Of a stretch of 64,000 nt of DNA, positions 55,050 through 64,000 are shown piece after piece. The DNA lies in the IMG/VR virus record IMGVR_UViG_3300033066_002255; one strand, 5' to 3'. Each line of letters starts with the position of its first letter. Position 1 is the stretch's first letter. The stretch is from a virus (taxonomy: Duplodnaviria > Caudoviricetes). The notes beneath the pieces are model-generated. The model did no database searches. It saw only the letters and a program-made list of their open reading frames with translations, and was not told the DNA's origin. A program made the translations under genes and the position numbers.

Positions 55050-58000
55050 ATGAAAATTGCGCATATTGCAGATATACAAATTAGATTTGGGTCAAGACAT
55101 GAAGAATATAGAGAAGTATTTAAAAGACTTATAAATGATTTAATAAAAATTAAGCCAGACAGAATTGTTGTAGCTGGAGACATTAATCATCATAAAATTA
55201 ATATTTCTCCAGGTTCTTTTGATTTATGTTCTGAACTTCTAATTGGATTAGCAAGGATTGCTCCAACTGATGTTATTCTAGGAAATCATGATATGAATTT
55301 GCAACAATTAGAGCAAGGAGACTCAATAAGTCCTATTTTTAATATATCAAAATTAATTCAAGAAGATGATAAAAAAATTGCTTATATTGTAAGTAATGAA
55401 AATAAACATGAAATAGATTTTTCTCAAAACGCAGTTTATTATTACCCAGATAGTGGGTTTTATAGATTAAATCCTAAATTAGAATATGGAGTTTTTTCTA
55501 TGAAGGATGATAAAATAATTAAACTGGAAAAAAAGGAAGCTGGCGTAAATTATGTTGCTTTATTTCATGGTCAAATCTTCGGTTCAAGAGGAGATAATGG
55601 TCATATACTTCAAGGAGATGATTTAGTTAGACTTTCAACGTTTAATAATTTTGACATTGTTATGCTAGGAGATATACATGAATACCAAACTTTCAGAGAA
55701 GATGAAAGTATGGCATACTGTGGGTCTTTAATACAACAAGATTATGGGGAATCAATTGATAAAGGTTATTTATTGTGGGATATAGAAAGTAGAAAACACA
55801 TTAGAAAATTTGTGCCAAATGATTATGGATTTGCAAAATTAACTTTAGCTAAAGGTGAGAAATTCGAAGAGCGTATAGAGCATTTAAAATTTAGCAACAA
55901 TAAAAAGAAAACCAAAATTAGCATTGTCTGGGAAGACTTGGAAGAAAATTTCTCTCAAGAAAAAGAGAATCAAATGGTAAAATTAGTTAAAGATAAATTT
56001 GGTTCTGAAATAGTAAAAGTACAATTTGAAGCTGTAGGAAAAAATGTCTATGTATCTGAAGAAGAAAAAATAGAAAAAGAGGAAACTAAAGAAAGTGAAG
56101 CTTATTTAAAAGAATTTTTAACAGAAGGTGATTTTGAATGTACTGAAGAAGAATTATTAGAATTACTTAAATTTCACAGAGAAACAAATAAAATTTTAGA
56201 AATTGATGAAAAGGAAGTTGAGCGTTCTGAATGGTATCTTAATAAAATTGAGATTAGCAATGTTTTCTCTTTCCCTATAAAACCAACTATAATAGAATTT
56301 GATGAGCTATCTGGACTTACTGGTGTATTTGGAAAAAATGGACATGGAAAATCTAATTTTTTAAAAGCTTTAGTTTGGGCTCTTTATGAAGAGATTTTAG
56401 GAGGAAGTCATCAAAAGTTCTTGGTAAATCTATACACTGATTCTAATCGTGGATATGCTAAATTATGGATTACAATTGATGGGCAAAAATATTTCATAGA
56501 AAGAACAGTTAAAACAACCATAAAAAGGGATGGTTCAACTTCTAATTCTTATTCCGTGAAATATAAAAAACTTGAATTTGAGTACGATGAAAATGGAGAT
56601 TTAGACAATGAAAAATGGAAAGATGAAGAATCTGATGAAAAGACAAGAGAAAAAGATGAAGTAAGAAAACTTATCGAAAATGCAATTGGAACATTTAATG
56701 ACTTTACAAAAACTTCTTTGCAAACGCAAGGAGGTAAAGATGATTATTTACAAATGTCTCAACAACCAAAAAATAGTTTAATTGCAAGATATCTTAATTT
56801 GGAGCCTTATACGTTAAGGTATGATTTTAGGAATGAAACATTCAAAGACATTAAAAAGAAACAAAAAGAACTTGGTGATAAAATAGCAGTTGAAGATATA
56901 ATAAGAAACTTAGAGAAAGAAAAAGATATTAAATTAAAAGACTATAACGAAACTGTAAAAGAGAAAGAAACAAATTCTTTAAACAAAGAAAAGATAGACC
57001 AAGAAATTTTAGAACTTACTAAAAGACTTGAAAAAATTGAACCAGTTGCAATAAATGATAGTACAACAGTTTTAAAATTTATTCATACTTATACCGAAGA
57101 ATCTAAAAATATTAATTCTGAAATTATAGAATTAGAAAAATGGATTTCTAAAAACTTTAAAAAAGAACTTCCTTTTGATGGTTCTATTTCTCTTGAATCT
57201 CTTGTTGATTCTTTGAAAAGCGAAGAAACAAATAAAACGAAAGAAGAAGCTGATTTAAGCACAGGAGAATTATGGTTAAAAAATAATGTAGAAAAAAATA
57301 TAATTGACACTACTGAAATAGAAAAAGATATTGATAATATAAAAGAAAGTATTGTTCATCTTGAAGCTCAGTCTAAAACTTATGCTGGAAAAAAATGTCC
57401 TACTTGTGGAACAATTCACCAAAAAGCAGACCCAATAAAAGAAGAAGAATGTTTAGATGACATTACTAGACAAAAAGAATTATTACAATACAAACAAAAT
57501 ATCATAAAAGAAAATAACGATAATAAAAATCACAATTCTAAAGTTACATTAGCTATTGGTAAAATTAATTTATTAAAACAAAGTTTAAAAAACAGAGAAG
57601 ACAAAATCATTAGCATTAAAGAAAAAATAGAGTTATTAAATAGTTCTCAAGATATAATTAAACACAATAAAGAAGTAGAAGAAAAGTCTTTATTATTAAC
57701 TCAAAAGAAAAATAAATTTAATTTAAATAATAAAGAAGTAGAAAAATTAGAAGATAATCTTAAAAAATTAGAAAGTAATGCTATTAAATTAGAAAATAAT
57801 AATTTAATAGAAATAGAGATTAAAAATAAGAGTGAAATGTCTAAAGAATATAAGATAGTTCTTTTTAATTTAGAAAAACAATGCTCTAATTTATTTGCAG
57901 ACATCAAAGTAATAGAAAGCAATATCACAGTTCAAACAAAAAAACTTATTGATATTACTGAATATGAAAAGATGTATAGAAAATATTCTATATATCTTCA

Positions 58001-58508
58001 AGCTATGCACAGAGATGGTATTCCAGCTTTAATTATAAGAAAAAAAGTGCCTCTTATTAATCACAGAATAAACACTATTTTAGAACAAGTAGTTAAATTT
58101 AAAATAAATTTAGAAGTATTGGCAAACGGAGATGTTGTAGAAACCTTTTATTATAGCGAAGATAAATCTGATATGTTACCTCTTTCATCTGCTTCTGGAG
58201 CACAAAGATTTATTTCTACTATTGCGATAAAAGATTCTTTTCATTTTATTAGCAAATTACCTAAGCCTTCTTTAAGTATAATTGATGAAGGTTTTGGTAC
58301 TCTTGATGATGACCTTACTTTTGAAATAATGAATATTCTTAATTATTTAAAAAATAAGCATAAAAATGTTATTGTAATTTCTCATAGGAATGAAATAAAA
58401 GATTTTGCTAATAACATTATTGAAGCTACAAAGGTTAAGAGTGGTATTCCTCAAGAAATATTAGATAAAAACCCTGACGCTGGAATAACGAAATTAACTA
58501 AATTATAA
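55050..58508 (+). CDS. Mre11/SbcD nuclease - Rad50/SbcC ATPase single-chain fusion
   Basis: HIADIQ, AGD, GNHD, LGDIH, YCGS; Walker A GKNGHGKS, hook CPTC, signature SSASGAQ, Walker B IIDEGFGTLD, ISH. Confidence 0.92.
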   Translation: MKIAHIADIQIRFGSRHEEYREVFKRLINDLIKIKPDRIVVAGDINHHKINISPGSFDLCSELLIGLARIAPTDVILGNHDMNLQQLEQGDSISPIFNISKLIQEDDKKIAYIVSNENKHEIDFSQNAVYYYPDSGFYRLNPKLEYGVFSMKDDKIIKLEKKEAGVNYVALFHGQIFGSRGDNGHILQGDDLVRLSTFNNFDIVMLGDIHEYQTFREDESMAYCGSLIQQDYGESIDKGYLLWDIESRKHIRKFVPNDYGFAKLTLAKGEKFEERIEHLKFSNNKKKTKISIVWEDLEENFSQEKENQMVKLVKDKFGSEIVKVQFEAVGKNVYVSEEEKIEKEETKESEAYLKEFLTEGDFECTEEELLELLKFHRETNKILEIDEKEVERSEWYLNKIEISNVFSFPIKPTIIEFDELSGLTGVFGKNGHGKSNFLKALVWALYEEILGGSHQKFLVNLYTDSNRGYAKLWITIDGQKYFIERTVKTTIKRDGSTSNSYSVKYKKLEFEYDENGDLDNEKWKDEESDEKTREKDEVRKLIENAIGTFNDFTKTSLQTQGGKDDYLQMSQQPKNSLIARYLNLEPYTLRYDFRNETFKDIKKKQKELGDKIAVEDIIRNLEKEKDIKLKDYNETVKEKETNSLNKEKIDQEILELTKRLEKIEPVAINDSTTVLKFIHTYTEESKNINSEIIELEKWISKNFKKELPFDGSISLESLVDSLKSEETNKTKEEADLSTGELWLKNNVEKNIIDTTEIEKDIDNIKESIVHLEAQSKTYAGKKCPTCGTIHQKADPIKEEECLDDITRQKELLQYKQNIIKENNDNKNHNSKVTLAIGKINLLKQSLKNREDKIISIKEKIELLNSSQDIIKHNKEVEEKSLLLTQKKNKFNLNNKEVEKLEDNLKKLESNAIKLENNNLIEIEIKNKSEMSKEYKIVLFNLEKQCSNLFADIKVIESNITVQTKKLIDITEYEKMYRKYSIYLQAMHRDGIPALIIRKKVPLINHRINTILEQVVKFKINLEVLANGDVVETFYYSEDKSDMLPLSSASGAQRFISTIAIKDSFHFISKLPKPSLSIIDEGFGTLDDDLTFEIMNILNYLKNKHKNVIVISHRNEIKDFANNIIEATKVKSGIPQEILDKNPDAGITKLTKL

Positions 58509-59053
58509 TGGCTAAGAAAAAAAATAAAGATAATCTTCCTTCTAAAGAAGACGCTTCTTCTGCAATGAATTTTATAAAAGAAAAACAAGCAGAAAACAAT
58601 TCTATTGACCCTAATGAAAAATTAAAAAAAGAATTAGAGTTAAAAGAAAAAGAACGTCAAATTGCAGAACAAAAATTACTTTTTGAAATTCAATCAAAAA
58701 TTAAAAGAAAATTAAGAGAAAACCTTAAGAAGAAAAAGCAAAAAGAAAAAAAAGAATTTATAATTAAAGAATTAGAATCAGGCAATAGAATAAGTTGGAT
58801 ATCAAAAAATAATGGACATATCTTAAAAGGATTTTTAGATAATAACGAAATTTTTGAAATCAAGAGAGGGCTAAATTTATTTAGTTTATATTTAAAAAAA
58901 GAAATTACTATTAAAGAAATAGTAATATTAGAAAATAATAAAAAATTGACCGAAAAAAAAATAGGGCCTTCTTATTTGGCTTGTTCTACTAATTTAAGCA
59001 AATTAAAAATAAAATCAGAAAAGCTTATTCAGCTTATCAATCTTACTTTGTAA
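58508..59053 (+). CDS. Basic hypothetical protein
   Basis: TAATG-coupled to the Mre11-Rad50 gene. Confidence 0.65.
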   Translation: MAKKKNKDNLPSKEDASSAMNFIKEKQAENNSIDPNEKLKKELELKEKERQIAEQKLLFEIQSKIKRKLRENLKKKKQKEKKEFIIKELESGNRISWISKNNGHILKGFLDNNEIFEIKRGLNLFSLYLKKEITIKEIVILENNKKLTEKKIGPSYLACSTNLSKLKIKSEKLIQLINLTL

Positions 59054-59749
59054 CTTTTTAGTATCATCAGCTATCTTCTTTTGCTTTGCATCATTTTGTT
59101 TAACATTTGGCTTAGCTACTACTGGCTCTGTCTTTTTAATAAAAGGTTGTGGCTTATTTACATTTGGAGTCTCAATAGGCTCTTTTTCATTTGCAGGTTT
59201 ACCATTTTTAATAGCACCAAGCTTATCTTGTACTTTTTTTGCAGTTTCTGGGCTAAAGGAAATTAAAACATTAGTCATTGCCGAATCATTAGGGTTATAG
59301 CCAGGAAGATTTATTTCAGAGAACATTCTTCCTGTAAAAAACATTGACTTTATATTATTTGCTTTAAATAATCTCCATTCATTAAATGCTTGAGCACTTC
59401 CTTTTCTTTTACCTTTCTCGTTAGTTGTCTCTATAGCTTTTTTTTCTGATTGTCCCTCTACATGTATACCTCTTATTAATAATTGGCCATTTTTTCCATA
59501 ACCCATAGCTACGGGTTGTACAATTCTAGTTTTCCAAATTGGCATTTTATATTTATCATTATTACTTTGGAAAATAAAACCCACTTCAAACCCACCTTCA
59601 ATAGCTTGTTTCATGATATTCATATCAAATTTTACTCTTTTAGAGCTATTTGCATATAAATCTTCTGCCTCAGCTAAAATCTCTACTTCTTTAATAAAGA
59701 TACCAGCTAATTCTTGTAATCTATTTTTATATGACTCTGATAACAACAT
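59015..59749 (-). CDS. WYL-like domain protein
   Basis: RIVQPVAMG...LIRG...WRLFK...I.SM; ATG 59749 (MLLSESYKNRLQELAGI) with TATTTATT upstream. Confidence 0.65.
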   Translation of the reverse strand: MLLSESYKNRLQELAGIFIKEVEILAEAEDLYANSSKRVKFDMNIMKQAIEGGFEVGFIFQSNNDKYKMPIWKTRIVQPVAMGYGKNGQLLIRGIHVEGQSEKKAIETTNEKGKRKGSAQAFNEWRLFKANNIKSMFFTGRMFSEINLPGYNPNDSAMTNVLISFSPETAKKVQDKLGAIKNGKPANEKEPIETPNVNKPQPFIKKTEPVVAKPNVKQNDAKQKKIADDTKKLQSKIDKLNKLF

Positions 59750-59804
59750 TCCTTTAATAAATATTTTGTAAAAAGAATAAAAATTAGTATTTTTACCATA
59801 CTTT

Positions 59805-60725
59805 ATGGAAATACAAAAAAATAAAACAGAAGAATACGAAGCACTAAAGGCTGAAAATGTAAATAAAATACACATTAGCTTTAGTGAGTTTTCTCTTTTT
59901 AATCAATGTGGTCATAGACATTTGTTAGAAAAACACTTAGCTATTATACAGCAACCTCCGTCTATACACTTATATTTTGGAAATGCAATGCATGCCTCTA
60001 TAGAAAATGCGCTAAAAACAGCTCTAAATGTAGAGCAAACTGTCACTTTCTTTAGGACTACTTTTTCTAAAGATATGATGGATAATATGAAAGATACGAA
60101 TGATTTTAAAAATGATTTTGATAATTTTTTAAATCAAGGAGAAAATATTTTAAGAATATTGGATTTTAATAAAATATTTGAAGATTATGAAGTAGTATCA
60201 ATTGAAGAGGCTTTGTATGAAAATTTACATGAAAACTTTTATTTTAAAGGGTTTATTGATTTAGTTATAAAAAATAAAAAAACTGGTAAATATAAAATTA
60301 TAGACTGGAAAACTTCTGGAGTTCTTTGGGATTTACCTAAAAAAATGAAAGATAAAATATTCTTAGGTCAAATGAGATTTTACAAGTTTTTTTGGGCAAG
60401 AAAAAATCAAATTCCATTAGAGAATATTGATTGTGGTTATATTGTCCTTAATAGATTAAAAGTTAAAACAAATCCAAAATCTACTCCAGGAGAAATTCAA
60501 ATGGTCGATGTTAATTCTACAGAAGTAGAAATAAAAACTTCATTAGAAAGTTTAGCAAATACGATTAAAATGATACACATTGATAAAAAGTTTCCAAAAA
60601 TAAAACATATATCTGGTGTAGGAGGTTGTATTTTTTGTCCCCTAAAAGGCGGTAAGCATCCTCTGTGCAACGATAGTGAGGTACAATATAAAACCATAAT
60701 AAAAGAGCATAAAGCTTTAAAGTAA
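59805..60725 (+). CDS. PD-(D/E)XK (RecB/Cas4-like) nuclease
   Basis: ISFS...C...FG.AMH; E...KGFIDL..IIDWKTS; Q..FY; CIFC...C. Confidence 0.85.
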   Translation: MEIQKNKTEEYEALKAENVNKIHISFSEFSLFNQCGHRHLLEKHLAIIQQPPSIHLYFGNAMHASIENALKTALNVEQTVTFFRTTFSKDMMDNMKDTNDFKNDFDNFLNQGENILRILDFNKIFEDYEVVSIEEALYENLHENFYFKGFIDLVIKNKKTGKYKIIDWKTSGVLWDLPKKMKDKIFLGQMRFYKFFWARKNQIPLENIDCGYIVLNRLKVKTNPKSTPGEIQMVDVNSTEVEIKTSLESLANTIKMIHIDKKFPKIKHISGVGGCIFCPLKGGKHPLCNDSEVQYKTIIKEHKALK

Positions 60726-60749
60726 ACCAAGGTAATTCTTGGTTTTTTT
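60724..60749 (+). terminator. Intrinsic terminator
   Basis: AAACCAAG-GTAATT-CTTGGTTTTTTT. Confidence 0.7.
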
Positions 60750-60783
60750 GTTTATAATACTTATATTTTATAAAATTGAATAT

Positions 60784-61179
60784 ATGGCATATTATAGCAA
60801 AGAAGAGATAACAGGATTTATAAATTCATCTTGTGAAAAAATAACAAAAGAAAGACATACGCCTTTAACAGACCCTCAAGAGGCAATGAAGAATCTTACT
60901 GACGAACAAGATATTGTTGGTTTTTTTTGGCTTGAAGTAAAGTCAAATGGAGGTACAGGAATTGGTATTGATATGGAAGGAAAGGTTTTTGTTAGACTTA
61001 ACTCAGAAATATATACTGATGATAGATTTGCACTTGATTCATATCATGCTGCAAAAGAAGGGTGTTCTGTAACAGATATCATAAAAAGAAGAAGCGAAGA
61101 ACAAAAAAATGCATCTGCTGAATTGGGAGGTGATGTTTTAGAAAAATTAAAACAAGCTTTTATAACTAAAAAAGATTAA
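60784..61179 (+). CDS. Hypothetical protein
   Basis: ATG 60784, downstream of the terminator. Confidence 0.65.
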   Translation: MAYYSKEEITGFINSSCEKITKERHTPLTDPQEAMKNLTDEQDIVGFFWLEVKSNGGTGIGIDMEGKVFVRLNSEIYTDDRFALDSYHAAKEGCSVTDIIKRRSEEQKNASAELGGDVLEKLKQAFITKKD

Positions 61180-61180
61180 T

Positions 61181-61540
61181 ATGACACTACAAGAGCTAGA
61201 AGAACTTAAAGAGTGCAATGAGCTTGACATGTTATATAAAATAGAAGATAAAGTTAATAGCATAAAAGGCCTAACAGAAAGAGTTTTAAAAGGAGTAAAA
61301 TCTAACGGTGTAGAAGTCAGAAAGACTCTTCAAGATATTCGCTTATTATCAGAAATAATGAGAGATGAAATTCAAAATAGAAGATTTAAGAATAAAGACA
61401 AAGAAGATACTAAACTTTATCAAGAAATTGATAAAGAGAAAAAAAGATTAATAAAAGAAGAAGAAAGACTAAAAAAGTTAGAAGAGAAGAGAGAGTATTT
61501 AAGAATTCAGAAGTTAGAAGAGCAAAATAAAATACAATAA
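61181..61540 (+). CDS. Helical protein, possibly related to Bacteroidota histone-H1-like proteins
   Basis: KGVKSNGVEVRKTLQDIR...R.EIQ. Confidence 0.5.
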   Translation: MTLQELEELKECNELDMLYKIEDKVNSIKGLTERVLKGVKSNGVEVRKTLQDIRLLSEIMRDEIQNRRFKNKDKEDTKLYQEIDKEKKRLIKEEERLKKLEEKREYLRIQKLEEQNKIQ

Positions 61541-63480
61541 TGGCTAAAAGAGTAAAAAAAGAAATATCTCCTAAAAAAGAAGTTTTAGTTAATATCAAAA
61601 AACTTAAAACTAACTACGAATTGAGATATGACTATTGTAAGGTTTTGACAGAATATATAAAAACTCTTCCCAAAGAACATAGAGGAGTAAGGGTTGATAA
61701 CGTCATTACTATAGATGGCAAAGAGAAAGAAGAATGGGTAAGACTCGTTAGAGAAGTTGCTATGGGCCAAATAATCTCTTTCATGCTTGATAATAATATA
61801 CAATTTTATTTTGATAATGTTTCTGAAGAAGATATTGCAAAATTAAGACTTGAATATTTAGATAGACAAAAAAGACTTGCGCAATTATTAAAATTAAAAG
61901 CAGAACAATTAGTTGTTTCAGATGAGCCTTTAGTTTTTATGAAAAAGCAACCTTATCACTATCAAAAACAAGCAGTTCAATTTTTTGAAATATCAAACGG
62001 TAAGGCAATTCTTGGAGACCAACCTGGTGTAGGTAAAACTTGTTCTGCATTTACATATGCCGCAAAACATAAATTAAAAACTTTAGTTGTTTGTCCATCT
62101 TCTCTTAAAATAAGTTGGAGAAATGAAATTTTAGATTTTACTAATGAAAAAGCTTTTATCTTTAAATTTAAACCAAAGAAAAAAAGTAAATTAATTGCAC
62201 ATAAAAAGAATGATTCTTTATTTCATATTGTAAATTATGAATCATTAGAAACATATATAAAACTCGAATATAAACATGTTTGTAAAGGACAAAAACTTAT
62301 ACCAGGAAAAGGTATGCAAACTTGTAATACCGAGATAATTGACCTTGTAAAAAAGCATAAAGAATGTCCTATTTGTAAAAATCAAAACTCTTTTAAGTCA
62401 AGAAAAATAGGACACAAAGTATTTACAGATGACTATGATGAATACATAAATCCTGAAGACTATGACCTTATAATTATTGATGAGTTTCATAGAATAAAAG
62501 AAAAAAAAACAGGTTGGACTCAAATTATCATTGAAGCATTTAGAGATGTTATACCAAGAAAATTATTATTATCTGGGACTGCGATAAAAAGTAGACCTTC
62601 TGAACTTTTTATCGGATTAAATTTTTTAGAACCTCAAATTTGGAATAATCAACATGAATTTGGAGTAAGATACTGTGCTGGATTTGAAGATACTTTTGGA
62701 TGGAAATATGATGGAGCATCTAACTTAGAAGAATTGTACGAAAGAATGTCTCCAGTTTTTTTAAGACGTTTAAAAAAAGATGTCTTAAAAGATTTACCTC
62801 CTAAAACTTATACTCATATTCCTGTTGAGTTGACTAATGAAGAATATAAACAATATAATTCAATCCTTGATGAGTGTGTTAAAATTGTTGATGGGAAAGA
62901 AGTTAAGGAAAGTTATTTAGTAATCATAAATAAACTTAAATTATTTTTAGCAAAATGCAGATTAAAAAGAGTGACAGAATTTATTCAAGAAGTTGTTGAT
63001 TCTGGAGAAAAAGTTGTAATCATGTCAGACTCTCAGGAAATAGCAGAAGAAATTAATAAAATCTTTGAAGGGGTTTGTGTTTTACATACTGGCGCCATGA
63101 GTGATGAAGATAAGCAAGAGTCTGTAGATAGATTTCAGAAAGATAAAAAGATAAAAGTATTTTCTGGGATGATTATAGCTTCTGGTGTAGGTATTACACT
63201 TACTGCAGCGAGCAAATTAATTTTCATGGGTTTTGCGTGGACACCTTCCGATATGGAACAAGCTGAAGATAGAATTCATAGAGCATCAACAACTCATGAT
63301 AATATTCAAATAATTACGCCTTACTGTATAGATACTATTGAAGAAGATATTTTAGAATTATTAGATGAAAAATCTAAAATTGTTGGAAAAGTTTTAGATA
63401 ATGTTCCAACAAAAAAAGAAGTTAAAAAGGCTGATGAAAATATCATGAAGAGTTTATTTGGTAGAATACAGCTTAAATAA
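61540..63480 (+). CDS. SNF2-family helicase (SMARCAL1/HARP-like) with Cys-rich insertion
   Basis: GDQPGVGKT, DEFH, LSGT, RRLKKDV, GVGITLT, QAEDRIHR. Confidence 0.92.
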   Translation: MAKRVKKEISPKKEVLVNIKKLKTNYELRYDYCKVLTEYIKTLPKEHRGVRVDNVITIDGKEKEEWVRLVREVAMGQIISFMLDNNIQFYFDNVSEEDIAKLRLEYLDRQKRLAQLLKLKAEQLVVSDEPLVFMKKQPYHYQKQAVQFFEISNGKAILGDQPGVGKTCSAFTYAAKHKLKTLVVCPSSLKISWRNEILDFTNEKAFIFKFKPKKKSKLIAHKKNDSLFHIVNYESLETYIKLEYKHVCKGQKLIPGKGMQTCNTEIIDLVKKHKECPICKNQNSFKSRKIGHKVFTDDYDEYINPEDYDLIIIDEFHRIKEKKTGWTQIIIEAFRDVIPRKLLLSGTAIKSRPSELFIGLNFLEPQIWNNQHEFGVRYCAGFEDTFGWKYDGASNLEELYERMSPVFLRRLKKDVLKDLPPKTYTHIPVELTNEEYKQYNSILDECVKIVDGKEVKESYLVIINKLKLFLAKCRLKRVTEFIQEVVDSGEKVVIMSDSQEIAEEINKIFEGVCVLHTGAMSDEDKQESVDRFQKDKKIKVFSGMIIASGVGITLTAASKLIFMGFAWTPSDMEQAEDRIHRASTTHDNIQIITPYCIDTIEEDILELLDEKSKIVGKVLDNVPTKKEVKKADENIMKSLFGRIQLK

Positions 63481-63530
63481 GTTATTAAATTTCATTTTTT
63501 GCATCTATTTATTAGAAAATAATCCCTAAG

Positions 63531-64000
63531 ATGAAAATTACAGAACAAGAACTACAAAGCCTTATAAAGGAAGAAGCAATGCGTTTGAAAATGAGAATGA
63601 TGCTTGAATCTGAGAAAAAAAGTATTCTAAAAAAACTACAAGAAATAGAAGAATGTGATATGATGGAATCTGAAGAAACTGGAAGTATTGCATCTGCAGA
63701 AATAAATCCAGAGACTATACAAAAAGTAGAAAGAAGAACAGAAGCTATAATGTCTCATTTAAATCCAGAATTAGCTAATAAAGCACTAGAAGAACTTCAA
63801 AACGCTGGATTATTAGGTGCATCTGAAGAAGAAATTAAAAATAAAATTGCAGAAATGCTTCCTATGAATGAATCTCTTATAAGTGAAGAATTTAATAAAT
63901 CGAAGCTTTATAATTGGTTAATAGGCGCAGGATTAGGTGCAACAGTAGCTGGACTTGTTTCTACAGTAATAGGTTCATTAAGCACTGCTGAACTCTCTAA
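63531..64000 (+). CDS. Hypothetical late/virion-type protein, partial
   Basis: MKITEQELQSLIKEEAMRLK..., open to the window end; TATTTATT upstream. Confidence 0.7.
   Translation, partial: MKITEQELQSLIKEEAMRLKMRMMLESEKKSILKKLQEIEECDMMESEETGSIASAEINPETIQKVERRTEAIMSHLNPELANKALEELQNAGLLGASEEEIKNKIAEMLPMNESLISEEFNKSKLYNWLIGAGLGATVAGLVSTVIGSLSTAELS

Noticed and set aside
3938-61803. Short ORFs nested antisense or out of frame in long genes (e.g. 3938, 6369, 9392, 12362, 19520, 33416, 50736, 54839, 57089)
   Set aside because: They overlap well-supported genes and have no recognisable motifs.
61540-63480. Intein in the SNF2 helicase
   Set aside because: The insertion is short and has no C-terminal HN-C/S/T motif.
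1-64000. Stop-codon reassignment, tRNA or rRNA genes
   Set aside because: Conserved genes are full length in the standard code at high density, and no cloverleaf or rRNA-like segment was seen by eye.

Overview
AT-rich segment of a large tailed phage with a contractile-tail baseplate. The host is probably Bacteroidota, judged from TAnnTTTG promoters and A-rich, Shine-Dalgarno-less start regions. (1) 1-3574: an integron-like array of at least 5 gene cassettes separated by attC-like hairpins. All cassette genes are inverted relative to the inferred attC polarity. The right end of the array sits at a GTT inside the phage GMP reductase/IMPDH gene and truncates it. (2) 3.5-25.7 kb: accessory and metabolic genes, including folA, adk, def, thyA and a dNMP kinase. 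This block holds a complete Preiss-Handler NAD cluster (pncB-thioesterase-Nudix-nadD-nadE). It lies back-to-back with a cyclic-phosphate receiver + CCA-adding enzyme pair, and both operons and a candidate sRNA share an ECF-type AAC-N16-CGTA promoter. Also here are a nucleotidyltransferase-2H phosphoesterase (Acb1-like)-zincin fusion and an unannotated metallothionein-like ORF. (3) 25.8-53.3 kb: tail fibre and baseplate module. (4) 53.4-64 kb: RuvC-like resolvase, primase, Mre11-Rad50 fusion, WYL-like protein, PD-(D/E)XK nuclease and SNF2 helicase. No integrase, tRNA, rRNA or CRISPR array was seen. All family assignments come from motif recognition by eye, not database searches.
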